DNA of 64,000 nucleotides from assembly GCA_963806225.1 (NCBI GenBank), contig CAWDXG010000004.1, forward strand, positions 4,192,001 through 4,256,000, given 5' to 3'. The DNA comes from an uncultured delta proteobacterium (GTDB lineage: Bacteria; Myxococcota_A; Polyangia; Polyangiales; Polyangiaceae). The notes under the pieces are model-generated. The model did not search any database and was not told the DNA's origin. It saw only the letters and a list, made by a program, of their open reading frames with translations. A program made the translations under genes and the position numbers. Of this stretch, positions 13,331 through 23,449 are shown one piece after another (positions within the stretch are counted from its first letter, which is position 1; every line of letters starts with the position of its first letter).

Positions 13331-14106
13331 ACTGGCGGTCGCGAAGGAGGATGCTCCGTCGCGACCGCGAATTCCAGGGGATCAAGCGCTTCGATCTCGA
13401 CGCGCACGCGGTTCCCGTCCGAGAGCGGGCCGATGCCGTGGGGCGTCCCGGTCGCGATCAGATCGCCGGGCTCCAGCGTCATCGCTGCGCTGATGTAGGC
13501 GATCAGCGTCGCCACGTCGAAGACCATGTCGCGCGTGTTGCCGTCCTGCCGCAGCTCGCCGTCGACCGTCAGCCGGATGCCGAGCGTTGCTGGGTCCACG
13601 CCATCGACCACGTACGGCCCCAGCGGGCAGAAGGTGTCGAAGCCCTTCGCGCGCGCCCACTGCCCATCCTTTTTCTGCAGATCGCGCGCCGTCACGTCGC
13701 AAACCGGCGTGTAGCCGAACACGTGGTCGAGCGCGTGGGCCCGGTCCACGCGACGAGCGCGCCGTCCGATCACGACGCCCAGCTCCGCCTCGTAGTCCAC
13801 CCGCTCGCTCTCCGGCGGCAGAAGCACCGACCCGCCCGGCTCCAGCACCGACGACGGCGGCTTGAGGAACAGGAGCGGCTCGCGCGGGACCTCGTTGTCC
13901 AGCTCGGCGGCGTGCGCTCGATAGTTCCGGCCCACCCCGATGATCTTGCTGGGCGCGAGCGGTGCGAGCAGACCCGGACCCTCGAGCTCGGTGCCGGTTG
14001 GCTTGCCGCCGAGCCAGGGCGCCGCGGACAGGATCAGCGCGCGGTCGCCCTCCACACGGGCGTAGGTCGGAGAGCCGTCGGCGGTGCGGATCCGGGCAAA
14101 GCGCAT
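13327..14106 (-). CDS. Fumarylacetoacetate hydrolase family protein
   Basis: PSKIIGVGRNYRAH, FLKPPSS, DYEAELGVVIG, DVTARDLQ, AKGFDTFCPLGP, GDLIATGTP. Confidence 0.93.
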   Translation of the reverse strand: MRFARIRTADGSPTYARVEGDRALILSAAPWLGGKPTGTELEGPGLLAPLAPSKIIGVGRNYRAHAAELDNEVPREPLLFLKPPSSVLEPGGSVLLPPESERVDYEAELGVVIGRRARRVDRAHALDHVFGYTPVCDVTARDLQKKDGQWARAKGFDTFCPLGPYVVDGVDPATLGIRLTVDGELRQDGNTRDMVFDVATLIAYISAAMTLEPGDLIATGTPHGIGPLSDGNRVRVEIEALDPLEFAVATEHPPSRPPV

Positions 14107-14215
14107 CCTCCGCGTGTACCACCGAACCCGCGGATCGGGCGACGGCCAGGTCCCGATGCTGTGTCATGGTGTGCCATCCAGCTACTCCAACCCGGCCACC
14201 GGCGTGCCAGAGCGC

Positions 14216-14232
14216 CTGGCACAGTGCTTGCT
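14216..14232 (+). promoter_or_regulatory. Sigma54 (-24/-12) promoter
   Basis: CTGGCAC-AGTGC-TTGCT, a near-perfect consensus, 13 nt before ATG 14245. Confidence 0.75.
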
Positions 14233-14244
14233 CGGCTTCCGGGC

Positions 14245-15765
14245 ATGCGAACGCTGATGTTGATGGGCATTGTGGCAGTGCTGGCGACCGGTTGCGGAGG
14301 CTCGGTGGCGTTCTCCCCGGGCGGCACAGGCGGCACAGGGGGCACAAGCGGCACAGGCGGCACGGGCGGCACAGGCGGCACCGGAGGGAGCGGAGGCTGG
14401 GGCGGCTCCGGCGGTTCCGGCGGCCACAGCGGGATCACCGGTTCGCACGACCTGACGCTGCAGAACATCCAGTCGTCGCCGAACGCGAACGGGGGGGCGT
14501 CGCCGTCCGAGAACGCGGCCGTGCGCATCGACATCCAACAGACCCCCGGCGGCTACCTCGCTGCGGCGACGCCGCGCTGGGGCGATCCCACAGCGCTGTC
14601 CATCAGCGTGACCTCGAAGCAGGTGACGCTCACCGGCAGCGTGAGCATCTCGGGCGGTTCCACCAACGATGCCTGGACCAAGCTGGTGCTGCCCCGCGAT
14701 GCGCAGGGCCGATTGGTTGGCGTCATCTCCGCTACGGGTCAGGAAACGGTCTCCATGGGGGACGTGATGGAAACGCTCGCCATCACGGGTGGCGGCAAGG
14801 TCGGTCCCGACCTGACCGCGCCCGAGCTGAAGAGCAAGCCGAGCTCCTCGCACGGCCCCGTGGGAATGCTGTTGCCCTGGGACCCGATCGCGCTTCACGT
14901 CGCCGAGGGGGTGGATCAGAGCGCGCTCCAGGCGCATGTCTCGATCGACCCTGCGCTGGCCGCCGGCTCGGGCGGCGGCACGGCGGGCGGCCCTTCGGGC
15001 GGGCCTGCCTATCCCCCGGTGGACTGGCAGTTCTTCCCTCCGTCGCAGGACAAGCTCGGCTGGGTCGGCGCGACGACGGCGACCGCACGTATTACAGACT
15101 GGTCGATGGACGGCGGCGCGTTCGCGCTCGACGTGCAGGCCGGAGTGAAGGATCACGCGGGCCACGCCGCCGACTCGTTCAGCACGATGTTCAACTGGTT
15201 GGCTCTCGGGCAGCCCCACGCGGCGTTCGACTTCAGCTCGCCCAGCGCCGCCTCGTGGGGCAAGGTCTTCTTCCAGCAGCCGTGCCCGCCCGGAGCCGTG
15301 TGCACGACCGAGTACACGTGCGAGTCCGGCTCCTGTGCGGTGCTCGGGCCCTACGACAACACCGTGTGCGGGGCGCCGCGCACGGGCATCGCGGGCAGGG
15401 TGAACGCCGGGTCGCACCTTGTCGTGCGCTATCGCGTGCTCGTCGGGGAGGACTATCCCGGCGCGTCCGGTCCGCCCAGCTGGGGCGGCACGCCATTCTC
15501 CGTCGATGTGGCCACGCCGGGCAACGCCGCGACCTATCACAGCGTGCAGGTTGCCAGCGGCGACTACCACGCCCTGCCGAACCCCATCGGCAACCTGGTG
15601 TGGACGACAGACGAGAAGACGCTCACGCTGCCGGCGAGCGGCGGCTCCGAGGTCGGTTTTTCCCTGTTCGCTGGGCTCGGCCCCGGCGACTGCAGCGGCG
15701 GCGGCGGTCCGGTGCCCGCTCCGGTGCCGACGGCCGTGATCGTCGATTCCGTAAAGACCCAGTAG
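14245..15765 (+). CDS. Hypothetical lipoprotein with a Gly/Thr tether
   Basis: MRTLMLMGIVAVLATGC lipobox; GGT linker; beta-rich body. Lies in the 3' part of the 11428 ORF frame. Confidence 0.8.
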   Translation: MRTLMLMGIVAVLATGCGGSVAFSPGGTGGTGGTSGTGGTGGTGGTGGSGGWGGSGGSGGHSGITGSHDLTLQNIQSSPNANGGASPSENAAVRIDIQQTPGGYLAAATPRWGDPTALSISVTSKQVTLTGSVSISGGSTNDAWTKLVLPRDAQGRLVGVISATGQETVSMGDVMETLAITGGGKVGPDLTAPELKSKPSSSHGPVGMLLPWDPIALHVAEGVDQSALQAHVSIDPALAAGSGGGTAGGPSGGPAYPPVDWQFFPPSQDKLGWVGATTATARITDWSMDGGAFALDVQAGVKDHAGHAADSFSTMFNWLALGQPHAAFDFSSPSAASWGKVFFQQPCPPGAVCTTEYTCESGSCAVLGPYDNTVCGAPRTGIAGRVNAGSHLVVRYRVLVGEDYPGASGPPSWGGTPFSVDVATPGNAATYHSVQVASGDYHALPNPIGNLVWTTDEKTLTLPASGGSEVGFSLFAGLGPGDCSGGGGPVPAPVPTAVIVDSVKTQ

Positions 15766-15817
15766 CGTTGCGCGCCGCGTTGTCGCGGCCAGCGCGGAGG
15801 AGACGTATGCTGGGTGC

Positions 15818-16528
15818 ATGCGCTGGCTTGCTGTGGGCACCGCCGTGGCGTTGCTCGGGCTAGTCGCTCCCCGGGCGGCGGCCGAGACCCCGGGCGATGC
15901 GGCGCCCGCCGTGGACCGTGGCGCCGCTGCTGCAGCATCGCCGCGGCCCCTCGAGCTGCTCGTCGGCGGGCATTTCATTTTTGCAGCGGGCCAGGTGTGC
16001 CGGCGTTATGTGGACATGCTGGGGTGCTCGAACCCCGCGTTCACCGGCATGCAGCTCGCACCTGCGTGGCGCCCCTCGCCGTACTGGTCGCTCGGCGCCA
16101 TCGCGGCCTTCGACTGGTCCGGTGAGAACGACGGCGCCACGCACACGCTGTGGCAGGCGATGGCACAGGCGCGCTTTCGCCCGTGGGGTGAAGGATCCGT
16201 CGAGCCCTGGGCCGGCGCGGTCGCGGGCGTGATGGCCGCCACCGACACGCTCGACCAGGCGCCGGCGACGGGCGACCGCTCGGTGACGCAGTACGCGCCG
16301 TCAACGGGTCTGGGCCTCGGAACGGATTTCGTGTTCGGACTCGTGTCGCTCGGTGTGGAAGCGCGCGGCCTGTTCACCGCGTTCAGCGATCCGCCGTCAC
16401 TCGGTAGTGGGACCGCGCGCCACTACGGCGACAACACCTGGCTGTGGCTCGGCGTCTCGCTCACGTTCCGGCCCGATACCAGCGGCCCACAGCTGACGGC
16501 AGGCACGATGCCGCGAAGTGCGGAGTAG
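15818..16528 (+). CDS. Secreted / outer-membrane beta-barrel-like protein
   Basis: Signal peptide (AAA-E); alternating aromatic/hydrophobic strands. Confidence 0.6.
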   Translation: MRWLAVGTAVALLGLVAPRAAAETPGDAAPAVDRGAAAAASPRPLELLVGGHFIFAAGQVCRRYVDMLGCSNPAFTGMQLAPAWRPSPYWSLGAIAAFDWSGENDGATHTLWQAMAQARFRPWGEGSVEPWAGAVAGVMAATDTLDQAPATGDRSVTQYAPSTGLGLGTDFVFGLVSLGVEARGLFTAFSDPPSLGSGTARHYGDNTWLWLGVSLTFRPDTSGPQLTAGTMPRSAE

Positions 16529-16614
16529 GGGCGGAACCTCCATTTGCCCGCGGTGCCCGTGACGAGTCGCACGGACCTTGCCCGGCGGGGCCCCCGCGAT
16601 GCCGCGCAGGCGCG

Positions 16615-18180
16615 CTAGGGTACCCACAAGGGATTGTCGATCCGGAACGACTGCCCGCTCGAGGTGGGGATGGTGTCCGTGACGAGGTTCTGGTCGCCCG
16701 CGTAGAAGACGAGGTACTTCCCGTCGCCGCTCAAGATCGGCTGCTTGGCGTCGAATACGGGATTGCCGTTGAGCTCCTTCACGGGGCACACCGTCTTGCC
16801 GCTGGCGATGTCGACGACATAGACCTGATTGTGGTTGTTGTCGCACCCGGAAACGATGCCCTGCTCGGTCGAGCTGTAGGCGAGGTAGCGGCCGTCGCGC
16901 GAGATCGAGATGTCGCGGCTCGCGGCGTTGCCGTCGGTGGTGCCGTTGGCGCGGGCGTCCACACAGGTGATCGATCCCGTGCTCAGGTCCTTGAGCATCA
17001 CGCGCGGGCCGCCGTCGCAGTTCTGGACAAAGCCGTTGTAGGTGAAGAGGAGGAAGGCGACGTAGCGACCGTCGTCGCTCACCACCGGATTCGTGGGGCC
17101 GTCGGGTGTTTGCGTGCCCGACGCGTCCGTCGAGACGACGCGAGTCGAGTTGGCGGAGGTATCGCGCAGGTAGATGTCGAGGCTGGTGGTGGTGTCGTTC
17201 GCAATGAGGTTGGTCGCGGCCGATTCGAAGGCTACGTAGCGACCGTCGGAGCTGATGCTGAAGGCACCCTGGTAGTCGTTGGCTTGCGACTGATCGTTGG
17301 CGAGGCTCACCAGCATACAGCCCCCCGACGACGACTTCTCGTAGATGTCCGTCTTGCCATTGCTATCCGCGCCGGAGTCGTTGATGTTGGTCGAATCGGT
17401 GTCGAAGAACACGGCGTCGCCGTTGGCCGTCATGGCGATGGGCTTGTAGGCGCCGAGCTTCGCCTCGACGCCGGCGCCGCTCTCGTCCTCGCGGACGACC
17501 GCTCCAGTCTGGAGGTCCTTGCGGAAGACGTCGGTGTAGCCGTTCGTGTCGTTCGCGACGAGATCCGTGGCCGCGGACATGAACGCCGCGTAGCGGCCGT
17601 CGTCGCTCAGTCCAGCGCCGTTGGAGTTGACGAGATCGCCGTTCGGCTCGGCGCCCGTGCTCGTCAGGTGCACGGCTTTCGTTGTTCCGGAGGTGATGTC
17701 ACGTACGAAAAAGTTCCACGTACGGGTCAGCGTCGGCGAGACAAGGTCTTTCACGGCGCTTTCGAAGAGCACGTAGCGGCCGTCGTTGCTGACCGCGAGC
17801 GGGTCGTTCGCACCGGAGCTCGCGATGCTCCCGTTGTTGCCGCGCGAGACCACGATGATGTTCCCGGTTCCCGCGCCCCCAGCGCCGCCGCTGCCCGCGG
17901 TCCCCGCACTGCCGCCCGTGCCTGCGCCGCCGCCGGTACCGGCGCTGCCGCCCGTGCCTGCCCCGCCGCCCGTGCCTGCCCCGCCGTCGGTACCTGCGCT
18001 GCCGCCCGTGCCTGCCCCGCCGTCGGTACCTGCGCTGCCGCCCGTGCCTGCGCTGCCGCTAGCGCCGCCGTTGCCGGATCCTGCGCTGCCGGCGGGGCGC
18101 TTCTTCGAACCACCGTCACATCCGAACAGCAGACATCCCGCCAATACAAACGCCACAGTCCCGAGTCGCCGTGTGCCCAT
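16615..18180 (-). CDS. TolB-like (PD40-type) beta-propeller lipoprotein
   Basis: Lipobox LFGC, Gly/Thr linker and repeated S.DGRYVAF.S.ATNL..NDT units. Confidence 0.85.
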   Translation of the reverse strand: MGTRRLGTVAFVLAGCLLFGCDGGSKKRPAGSAGSGNGGASGSAGTGGSAGTDGGAGTGGSAGTDGGAGTGGGAGTGGSAGTGGGAGTGGSAGTAGSGGAGGAGTGNIIVVSRGNNGSIASSGANDPLAVSNDGRYVLFESAVKDLVSPTLTRTWNFFVRDITSGTTKAVHLTSTGAEPNGDLVNSNGAGLSDDGRYAAFMSAATDLVANDTNGYTDVFRKDLQTGAVVREDESGAGVEAKLGAYKPIAMTANGDAVFFDTDSTNINDSGADSNGKTDIYEKSSSGGCMLVSLANDQSQANDYQGAFSISSDGRYVAFESAATNLIANDTTTSLDIYLRDTSANSTRVVSTDASGTQTPDGPTNPVVSDDGRYVAFLLFTYNGFVQNCDGGPRVMLKDLSTGSITCVDARANGTTDGNAASRDISISRDGRYLAYSSTEQGIVSGCDNNHNQVYVVDIASGKTVCPVKELNGNPVFDAKQPILSGDGKYLVFYAGDQNLVTDTIPTSSGQSFRIDNPLWVP

Positions 18181-18389
18181 GCCCTCCTCCGCGTTGAAAC
18201 CGCTCATGGAGAATAACAAGCAACGCTGCTTTGCGAGAAGCCGCGGCGACAATGGGAAGCCAACCATTTGCAATTGTTGGCATACCCTTCTTCGGAAGGG
18301 CGCTCATTTTCGACTACGCGCTGTCGCGAAGGCCGAATTGGCCCAGTCGTACAGGGTCCGGGGGAGCGATGGGCGAAGTCGCTGCCCGT

Positions 18390-19250
18390 CTACGGCGACA
18401 GGACCCGCCCCGGCGCGCCGTTCGAGCCGGTCCAGCTGTGGCAGCTGTTGCAGTTGCCGCTGGGTGGGCTGGAGAGCATGGCGCGCTCAACGTCCTGGGC
18501 ATTGCGGACGCGGACGTGGAACGGCTGCGCGATGCTCTGGTAGGTGTAGAAGTTGCCGGTCGGTCCCACGGGAAGCGTCAGCTCGGGGCCGGTCGCGGGC
18601 GTGATGATCACGACCGCGCTGGTTGCACCCAGCGTGCCGCCGATGCAGTCGTCCGGCTCGTGCGCGGTCCGGTACACGGTGCCGGCGATGCCGAAGCGAC
18701 GCGCCTCGCCCGAGGCATGACACGCGTTGCACGGGATGCCCGGGTGCATCCTGCCGCTGCCGTCGTCGTCGCCCGACTGCACCCATCTCCTACCGCTCGA
18801 GCAGGTGAGCGGGAGCGAGCTGCAGGAGCCCTTCTGCATGCCGCCCTGCACCCACGCGACGAACGCCGCTATCTCCTCTTGCGAAAGCGGCGCGCCGGGC
18901 GCCGGCGGCATGGGAGTGATCGGGTCCTGTACCCGCATCGCCGCCATCTCGCCCATCGTGATGGAGGGGTCGCTGTGCGACGGCCCCAGCAGATCCGCAT
19001 ACGATGCGATCTGGATTCCGGTGAGCCCGGAGTGACAGGTCATGCAACGCGTGGCGATCAGCGTTGCGATGTCGCATGGCAACCCGGCAGTGTTCACGGC
19101 GCTGCTGACGGGAACGTGTCCCATGCCCTCCGCTTCGGTGCCCTCGCCGTCGCCCGCCCCGAGCGAGCAGCCGCTCGACCAGGTGCAGAGCACGGCCAGC
19201 ACCGAAGACGCCAGCAAAACCCGTACGATCGCGGGGAAACGCGAAGTCAT
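18390..19250 (-). CDS. Tri-heme c-type cytochrome lipoprotein
   Basis: Signal peptide ending SSGC; three CxxCH motifs (CMTCH, CNACH, CNSCH); MPP motif after heme 1. Confidence 0.8.
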   Translation of the reverse strand: MTSRFPAIVRVLLASSVLAVLCTWSSGCSLGAGDGEGTEAEGMGHVPVSSAVNTAGLPCDIATLIATRCMTCHSGLTGIQIASYADLLGPSHSDPSITMGEMAAMRVQDPITPMPPAPGAPLSQEEIAAFVAWVQGGMQKGSCSSLPLTCSSGRRWVQSGDDDGSGRMHPGIPCNACHASGEARRFGIAGTVYRTAHEPDDCIGGTLGATSAVVIITPATGPELTLPVGPTGNFYTYQSIAQPFHVRVRNAQDVERAMLSSPPSGNCNSCHSWTGSNGAPGRVLSP

Positions 19251-19340
19251 GCGCACCGCATCCGAGCCAGGGAACGTGTCCATCCAACACCTACTTCGCC
19301 GTTGGGTCCGCCTCCCTTCAAAAGCGGGTACTCTCGAAGC

Positions 19341-20513
19341 ATGTTCACGCGAAACCTGCTGGGGGCATTGGGGGTGCTGCTGTTCGGAGTGACCGCGGCG
19401 TGCGGAAACAGCGGCAGCGGAGGTAACGCCGCGACGGGCGGGAGCGGAGGCGCGGCTGGAAGCGGTGGCGCGGCTGGAAGCGGTGGCGCGGCTGCGGGCG
19501 GGAGCGGCGGCAGCGCAACAGGGGGCAGCGGCGGCAGCGCGACCGGCGGCGCCGCGGGCACGGCCGGAAGCGGCGGGACCGGAGGCGGAGGCGGCACCGC
19601 TGGCAGCGGTGGGAGCGCCGGCAGCGGTTCGGGCGACATACCTGGCGGCGGTACGGTGCTGTTCAAGGAACACTTCGACGACACCCAGTTCAAAGGCCGC
19701 GGCTGGTACGACGGGAGCGGAAGCGTGACGACCAGCGAGCACGCACCGGGTAGCACCAGCGCGTTCGAGTGCGCGTTCGCGACGGGCGCGCAGCACTGCA
19801 CCGGCGGCACGCCCGCGCGTCACAAGATCACGGCGACGCCCACCGTGTATCTGTCCTTCTGGATCAAGTTCAGCACCAACTGGGTGGGCTCGGGCAAGGC
19901 GTATCACCCGCACATGTTCCACTTCATCAACGATCTCGAGAGCGACTACGTGGGACCGTCGTTCACCCACCTCACGACGTACACCGAGGTCGTCGCGAAC
20001 AAGGCGCAGCTATCCCTGCAGGACAGCGCGAACGTCGACCTGAACTGCATCCTGAAGAACGACAACTCGTTCGTCGGCTGCAACGGCGATTTCAACTCGT
20101 ACACGTTCACCGAAAGTCGGTCGATCTGCTCCTGCAACGGGGTCCAGGGCGACGTGCAGGGACACGACTGCTACTCCAACGGCGACGGGACGTGGTCGAG
20201 CGACCGCAGCTGGTGGAGTAGCAACGCCTTCGTCGATACGCAGGGCCCGAACTACAAGAGCGACTGGCACCACGTCGAGGTCTACTTCGCCATGAACTCG
20301 ATCCAGGGTGGCGTGGCCGTCCCCGACGGGAAGATCCGCTGGGTCCAGGACGGCAAGACGCTCATCTCGCACGACAAGATCCTGATGCGCAGCGGCGCGC
20401 ATGCGTCCATGAAGTTCAACCAGTTCGCCATGCTGCCCTACATCGGCGACGGCTCGCCGATCGCGCAGACCTTCTGGGTCGGCGACATGGTCGTCGCGAC
20501 CGCCCGGCCCTGA
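19341..20513 (+). CDS. Lipoprotein with a polysaccharide-lyase-like beta-sandwich
   Basis: Lipobox TAAC, Gly linker, then LFKEHFDD, VYLSFWIKF, WHHVEVYFAMN..DGKIRWVQDG and FWVGDMVVAT. The fold is inferred. Confidence 0.65.
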   Translation: MFTRNLLGALGVLLFGVTAACGNSGSGGNAATGGSGGAAGSGGAAGSGGAAAGGSGGSATGGSGGSATGGAAGTAGSGGTGGGGGTAGSGGSAGSGSGDIPGGGTVLFKEHFDDTQFKGRGWYDGSGSVTTSEHAPGSTSAFECAFATGAQHCTGGTPARHKITATPTVYLSFWIKFSTNWVGSGKAYHPHMFHFINDLESDYVGPSFTHLTTYTEVVANKAQLSLQDSANVDLNCILKNDNSFVGCNGDFNSYTFTESRSICSCNGVQGDVQGHDCYSNGDGTWSSDRSWWSSNAFVDTQGPNYKSDWHHVEVYFAMNSIQGGVAVPDGKIRWVQDGKTLISHDKILMRSGAHASMKFNQFAMLPYIGDGSPIAQTFWVGDMVVATARP

Positions 20514-20581
20514 TTTCTGGCCCTCCCGCTACGGCGCGACCCAGTACGCCCAGTCCCGGTTCGCGTCCGCGCCCCCGCTCC

Positions 20582-21016
20582 TCACGGCAGCGTGCGCACG
20601 GCGCGGAAGCCGAACGCGCCGTGGCTCCCGGGGGCCAATGGACGCCGAACGGCGGCCCGGATGTCCGGGTTCGAGCTCCCGATGTAGCCGCCGCGATACA
20701 CCCGGTTGCCGTTCGGCAGACCGGCGCTCTGGCCCCACGGGTCGGTCAGCGTCGGCGGCGGCTTGGGGGCGCCGGGCACGTAGCCACCGAGATACTCGTC
20801 GTTGCACCACTCGGCCACGTTGCCTGCCATGTCGAACAGTCCCCAGCCGTTGGGGGCCTTGCCTCCGCCGGGTTGTATGACGGCGTTTCCGGCGCCGCCC
20901 GAGTTTCCGCAGTACCAACCGATGGCCTCGGCGCCCGCGTTCGTGTCGCACGCGGTGGTCGGCAAGGCCACTAGCGAGCGTACACCAAGATCCAAGCGCG
21001 CGTCCTCAGGGAACAT
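20582..21016 (-). pseudogene. 5'-truncated FGE-sulfatase domain fragment
   Basis: Only the C-terminal motifs are present (PNGWGLFDMAGNVAEW, RVYRGG, FGFRAVRT). Confidence 0.7.
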
Positions 21017-21249
21017 ATGCTCGCCGCCGACCCATGCGTCCCCATGCGTCAGCCTGGCCGGCGAAGACCCCCGGCAAGATCACAACGAAGAAGGCGACGA
21101 TCTTCTGGGCGCGCCACACGCTCGCGGACGCCGACGACGAGATCGCGATCCACGGAATTCCCGCGCGCCTGGGCAAGTAGCGCTGGAGGCTAGAGACCGC
21201 CCTTCGGAATGGTATAGTGGTTTGTTTGGCTCTCGCCCGGAGTCCCGAT

Positions 21250-21744
21250 ATGCCCGATCCCTACGACATGCTCGGTGTGCGTCCCGGGGCTTCGCCCGAC
21301 GAGATCGAGCGAGCCTATCGACGGCGCATCGTGGAAGTCCACCGTCGGGGCGTGTTCGGCATTGTGGGCAGGCTGCGGGGGCTTCAGCGGGCTCGCTCCG
21401 CGCTCGAGGACCGCGCCGAGCGAAGGCGCTGGGAGGAGCTGCGCGACCAGGCGGTCAGGAGCGCTGGTCGCAATGAAGCCGAACGACGGCGGCGCGAGGA
21501 GCAGGTGCTCTCTGCCTACAGGAAACAACGCGCGCGCGAGTCGTCGCGCCTCGGTCTTGACGCCTTGCATGACAACGTGGAGCTGATGGTCGATGTCGAG
21601 CAACGCATCGTTCTGGCCGAGCAGGCGGACGCGAGGCTGCGCCTGTACCGACGCCTGAAGGTCGCCGTCGTGCGTGGTGCGTTGCTCCTGATCGCGATGC
21701 TGGCAGCCTGGCTGAGCTGGCAGCATTGGCTTGGCGGCTTCTGA
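21250..21744 (+). CDS. J-domain-like membrane protein lacking HPD
   Basis: DPYDMLGVRPGASPDEIERAYRR followed by HRR where HPD is expected; C-terminal TM helix. Confidence 0.7.
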   Translation: MPDPYDMLGVRPGASPDEIERAYRRRIVEVHRRGVFGIVGRLRGLQRARSALEDRAERRRWEELRDQAVRSAGRNEAERRRREEQVLSAYRKQRARESSRLGLDALHDNVELMVDVEQRIVLAEQADARLRLYRRLKVAVVRGALLLIAMLAAWLSWQHWLGGF

Positions 21745-21803
21745 TCTCTGGTGGTCTAGGCTCCGTTGCCCAGAGCCGCATCCACCGCTGCACGCCGTAG
21801 CGC

Positions 21804-23322
21804 TCAACGGAACTTGGGAATTTCCGGCGGGCGCGCGGGAGCCCTGCGCGGAAGCGGGGTGAGCGACAGCACCAGACGTTGGCTCATGTTCGGGACGACC
21901 TGCTCCTTGCGCGGCGCGTAGCCGCCGTGGGTCAACGTCACCGTGACGGGGTGGTCGCTCCGGTCGAGGCGCACATCGACCGGCGTCGTGCCCTCGGCCT
22001 TGCCGTCCACGACCGCTCTTGCACGCGTCGGCGTCGTCTCGATGCGCAAGAGCACGCGTGGGGCGGGAGCAGCGCTCGGCGCAGCGGGAGATGGCGCGGG
22101 CAGCGGAGCCGCGCGGATGGAAGCCGCAGCCGCTGGCCTCGTCTCGACCGGGCGCCGGCCGACGACGACGGCAAACGCAGCCACCGCGGCCACACCGAGC
22201 ACCGCAAGCGGCCAGCGCCACGGACGCGCCGGCGCAGACGACGGTGGGATCTCCGAGGAGGTCTGCACCGTCGACAGGTCCTCGACCACGCTCGGCAGGT
22301 CCACGTTCTCGTCCGCCTCGGCGACAGGAATGTTCGTGGGCGCAGTGCCGCTCTTGAAGCGACGCAGCATCTCCTGCTTTTCCTCGATGCGCTCGGCGAA
22401 GAGCCCGTGCATGAGCTTGGAAAGCTCCTCCTCCGGTAGCTCGGCGAGTCCGAGCTCACGCGCCACCGCGAGCAGCTCGCGGCGCATCTCCTGCGCCGTC
22501 CGGTAGCGGTCCTCCCGCCGTCGCGCGAGCGCCTTCATCACCACACGCTCGAGTGCGGGGGGGTAGTCTGGCAAAAGCTCGCTCGGCGGCAGGATGCGCT
22601 CGTCGCAAATCGCCTTGAACGTGAGGTGTTCGCTGCCGCGCTTGAACAACCGACGCCCGGTGGAGAGCTCCCAGAGCACGATACCCAGCCCGAAGATGTC
22701 GCTCCGCCGATCCAACGGCTTGCCGAGACACTGCTCGGGCGACATGTACGCGAACTTGCCCTTCACCTGACCCGCTTCGGTCTGGGTACTGCGGTTCGCC
22801 GCCTTCGCAACACCGAAGTCGAGCACCTTGACCTGCCCCGAGTACGTCACGAAGACGTTCTGCGGCGAGACATCACGATGGACGAGATCGCGGGGCAGCC
22901 CTTCGTCGTCGACAAGCTCGTGGGCCGCGTGCAGCCCGGCGCACGCTTCGGTGACGACGAATGCGGCCAGACTGCGCGGTAGGCTCTCGCCGCGCGTGAC
23001 GAGGCGGCGGGCCACACCGCCGACGCTCTCGCCCTCGAGATACTCCATGACGAGGAACAGCTCGTCGCCCTCGTGAGCGAGCTCCTGAACGGCGACGACG
23101 TTCGGATGCCGGATCCCCGCGACGATGCGCGCCTCGTCGACGAACATGTCGACGAAGGCGGGCACCCGCGCCAGGTGCGGCAGAATGCGCTTGACGACAA
23201 TCGCCCGCTCGAAGCCGCTCGGACCAACCAGAACGTCCGAGCAGGATCTCCGCCATGCCGCCGGTTGCGAGGAGCCCGACGATGTCGTAGCGACCGATAC
23301 GCGAGACGGTAGGAGCGACCAT
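21804..23322 (-). CDS. Transmembrane Ser/Thr protein kinase with a C-terminal PEGA-like domain (one frameshift at ~23232)
   Basis: GRYDIVGLLATGGMAEILL in one frame; VVKRILP, VHRDVSPQN, DFGVAK, KFAYMSPEQ, TM and IETTP..VDGKAEGTTP in another. An extra base in CGTTCTG joins them. Confidence 0.88.
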
Positions 23323-23337
23323 GGCGGACGTATCCGC

Positions 23338-23437
23338 GAGGATAACCGACCCGCGGGGCCGTGCCAGGGTCGCATCCGCTGCGTTACGTTTTCGCCCGTA
23401 ACGAGGTCGTCCGGCTGGTGACCCGGAGCGCGCGGCA
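23338..23437 (+). repeat. Left (decayed) copy of a direct repeat; matches 26291-26458
   Basis: 23338-23395 vs 26291-26348 is 50/58 identical; 23401-23437 vs 26422-26458 is 35/37 identical (hand alignment). Confidence 0.9.
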
Positions 23438-23449
23438 GAACGGAGGGGC

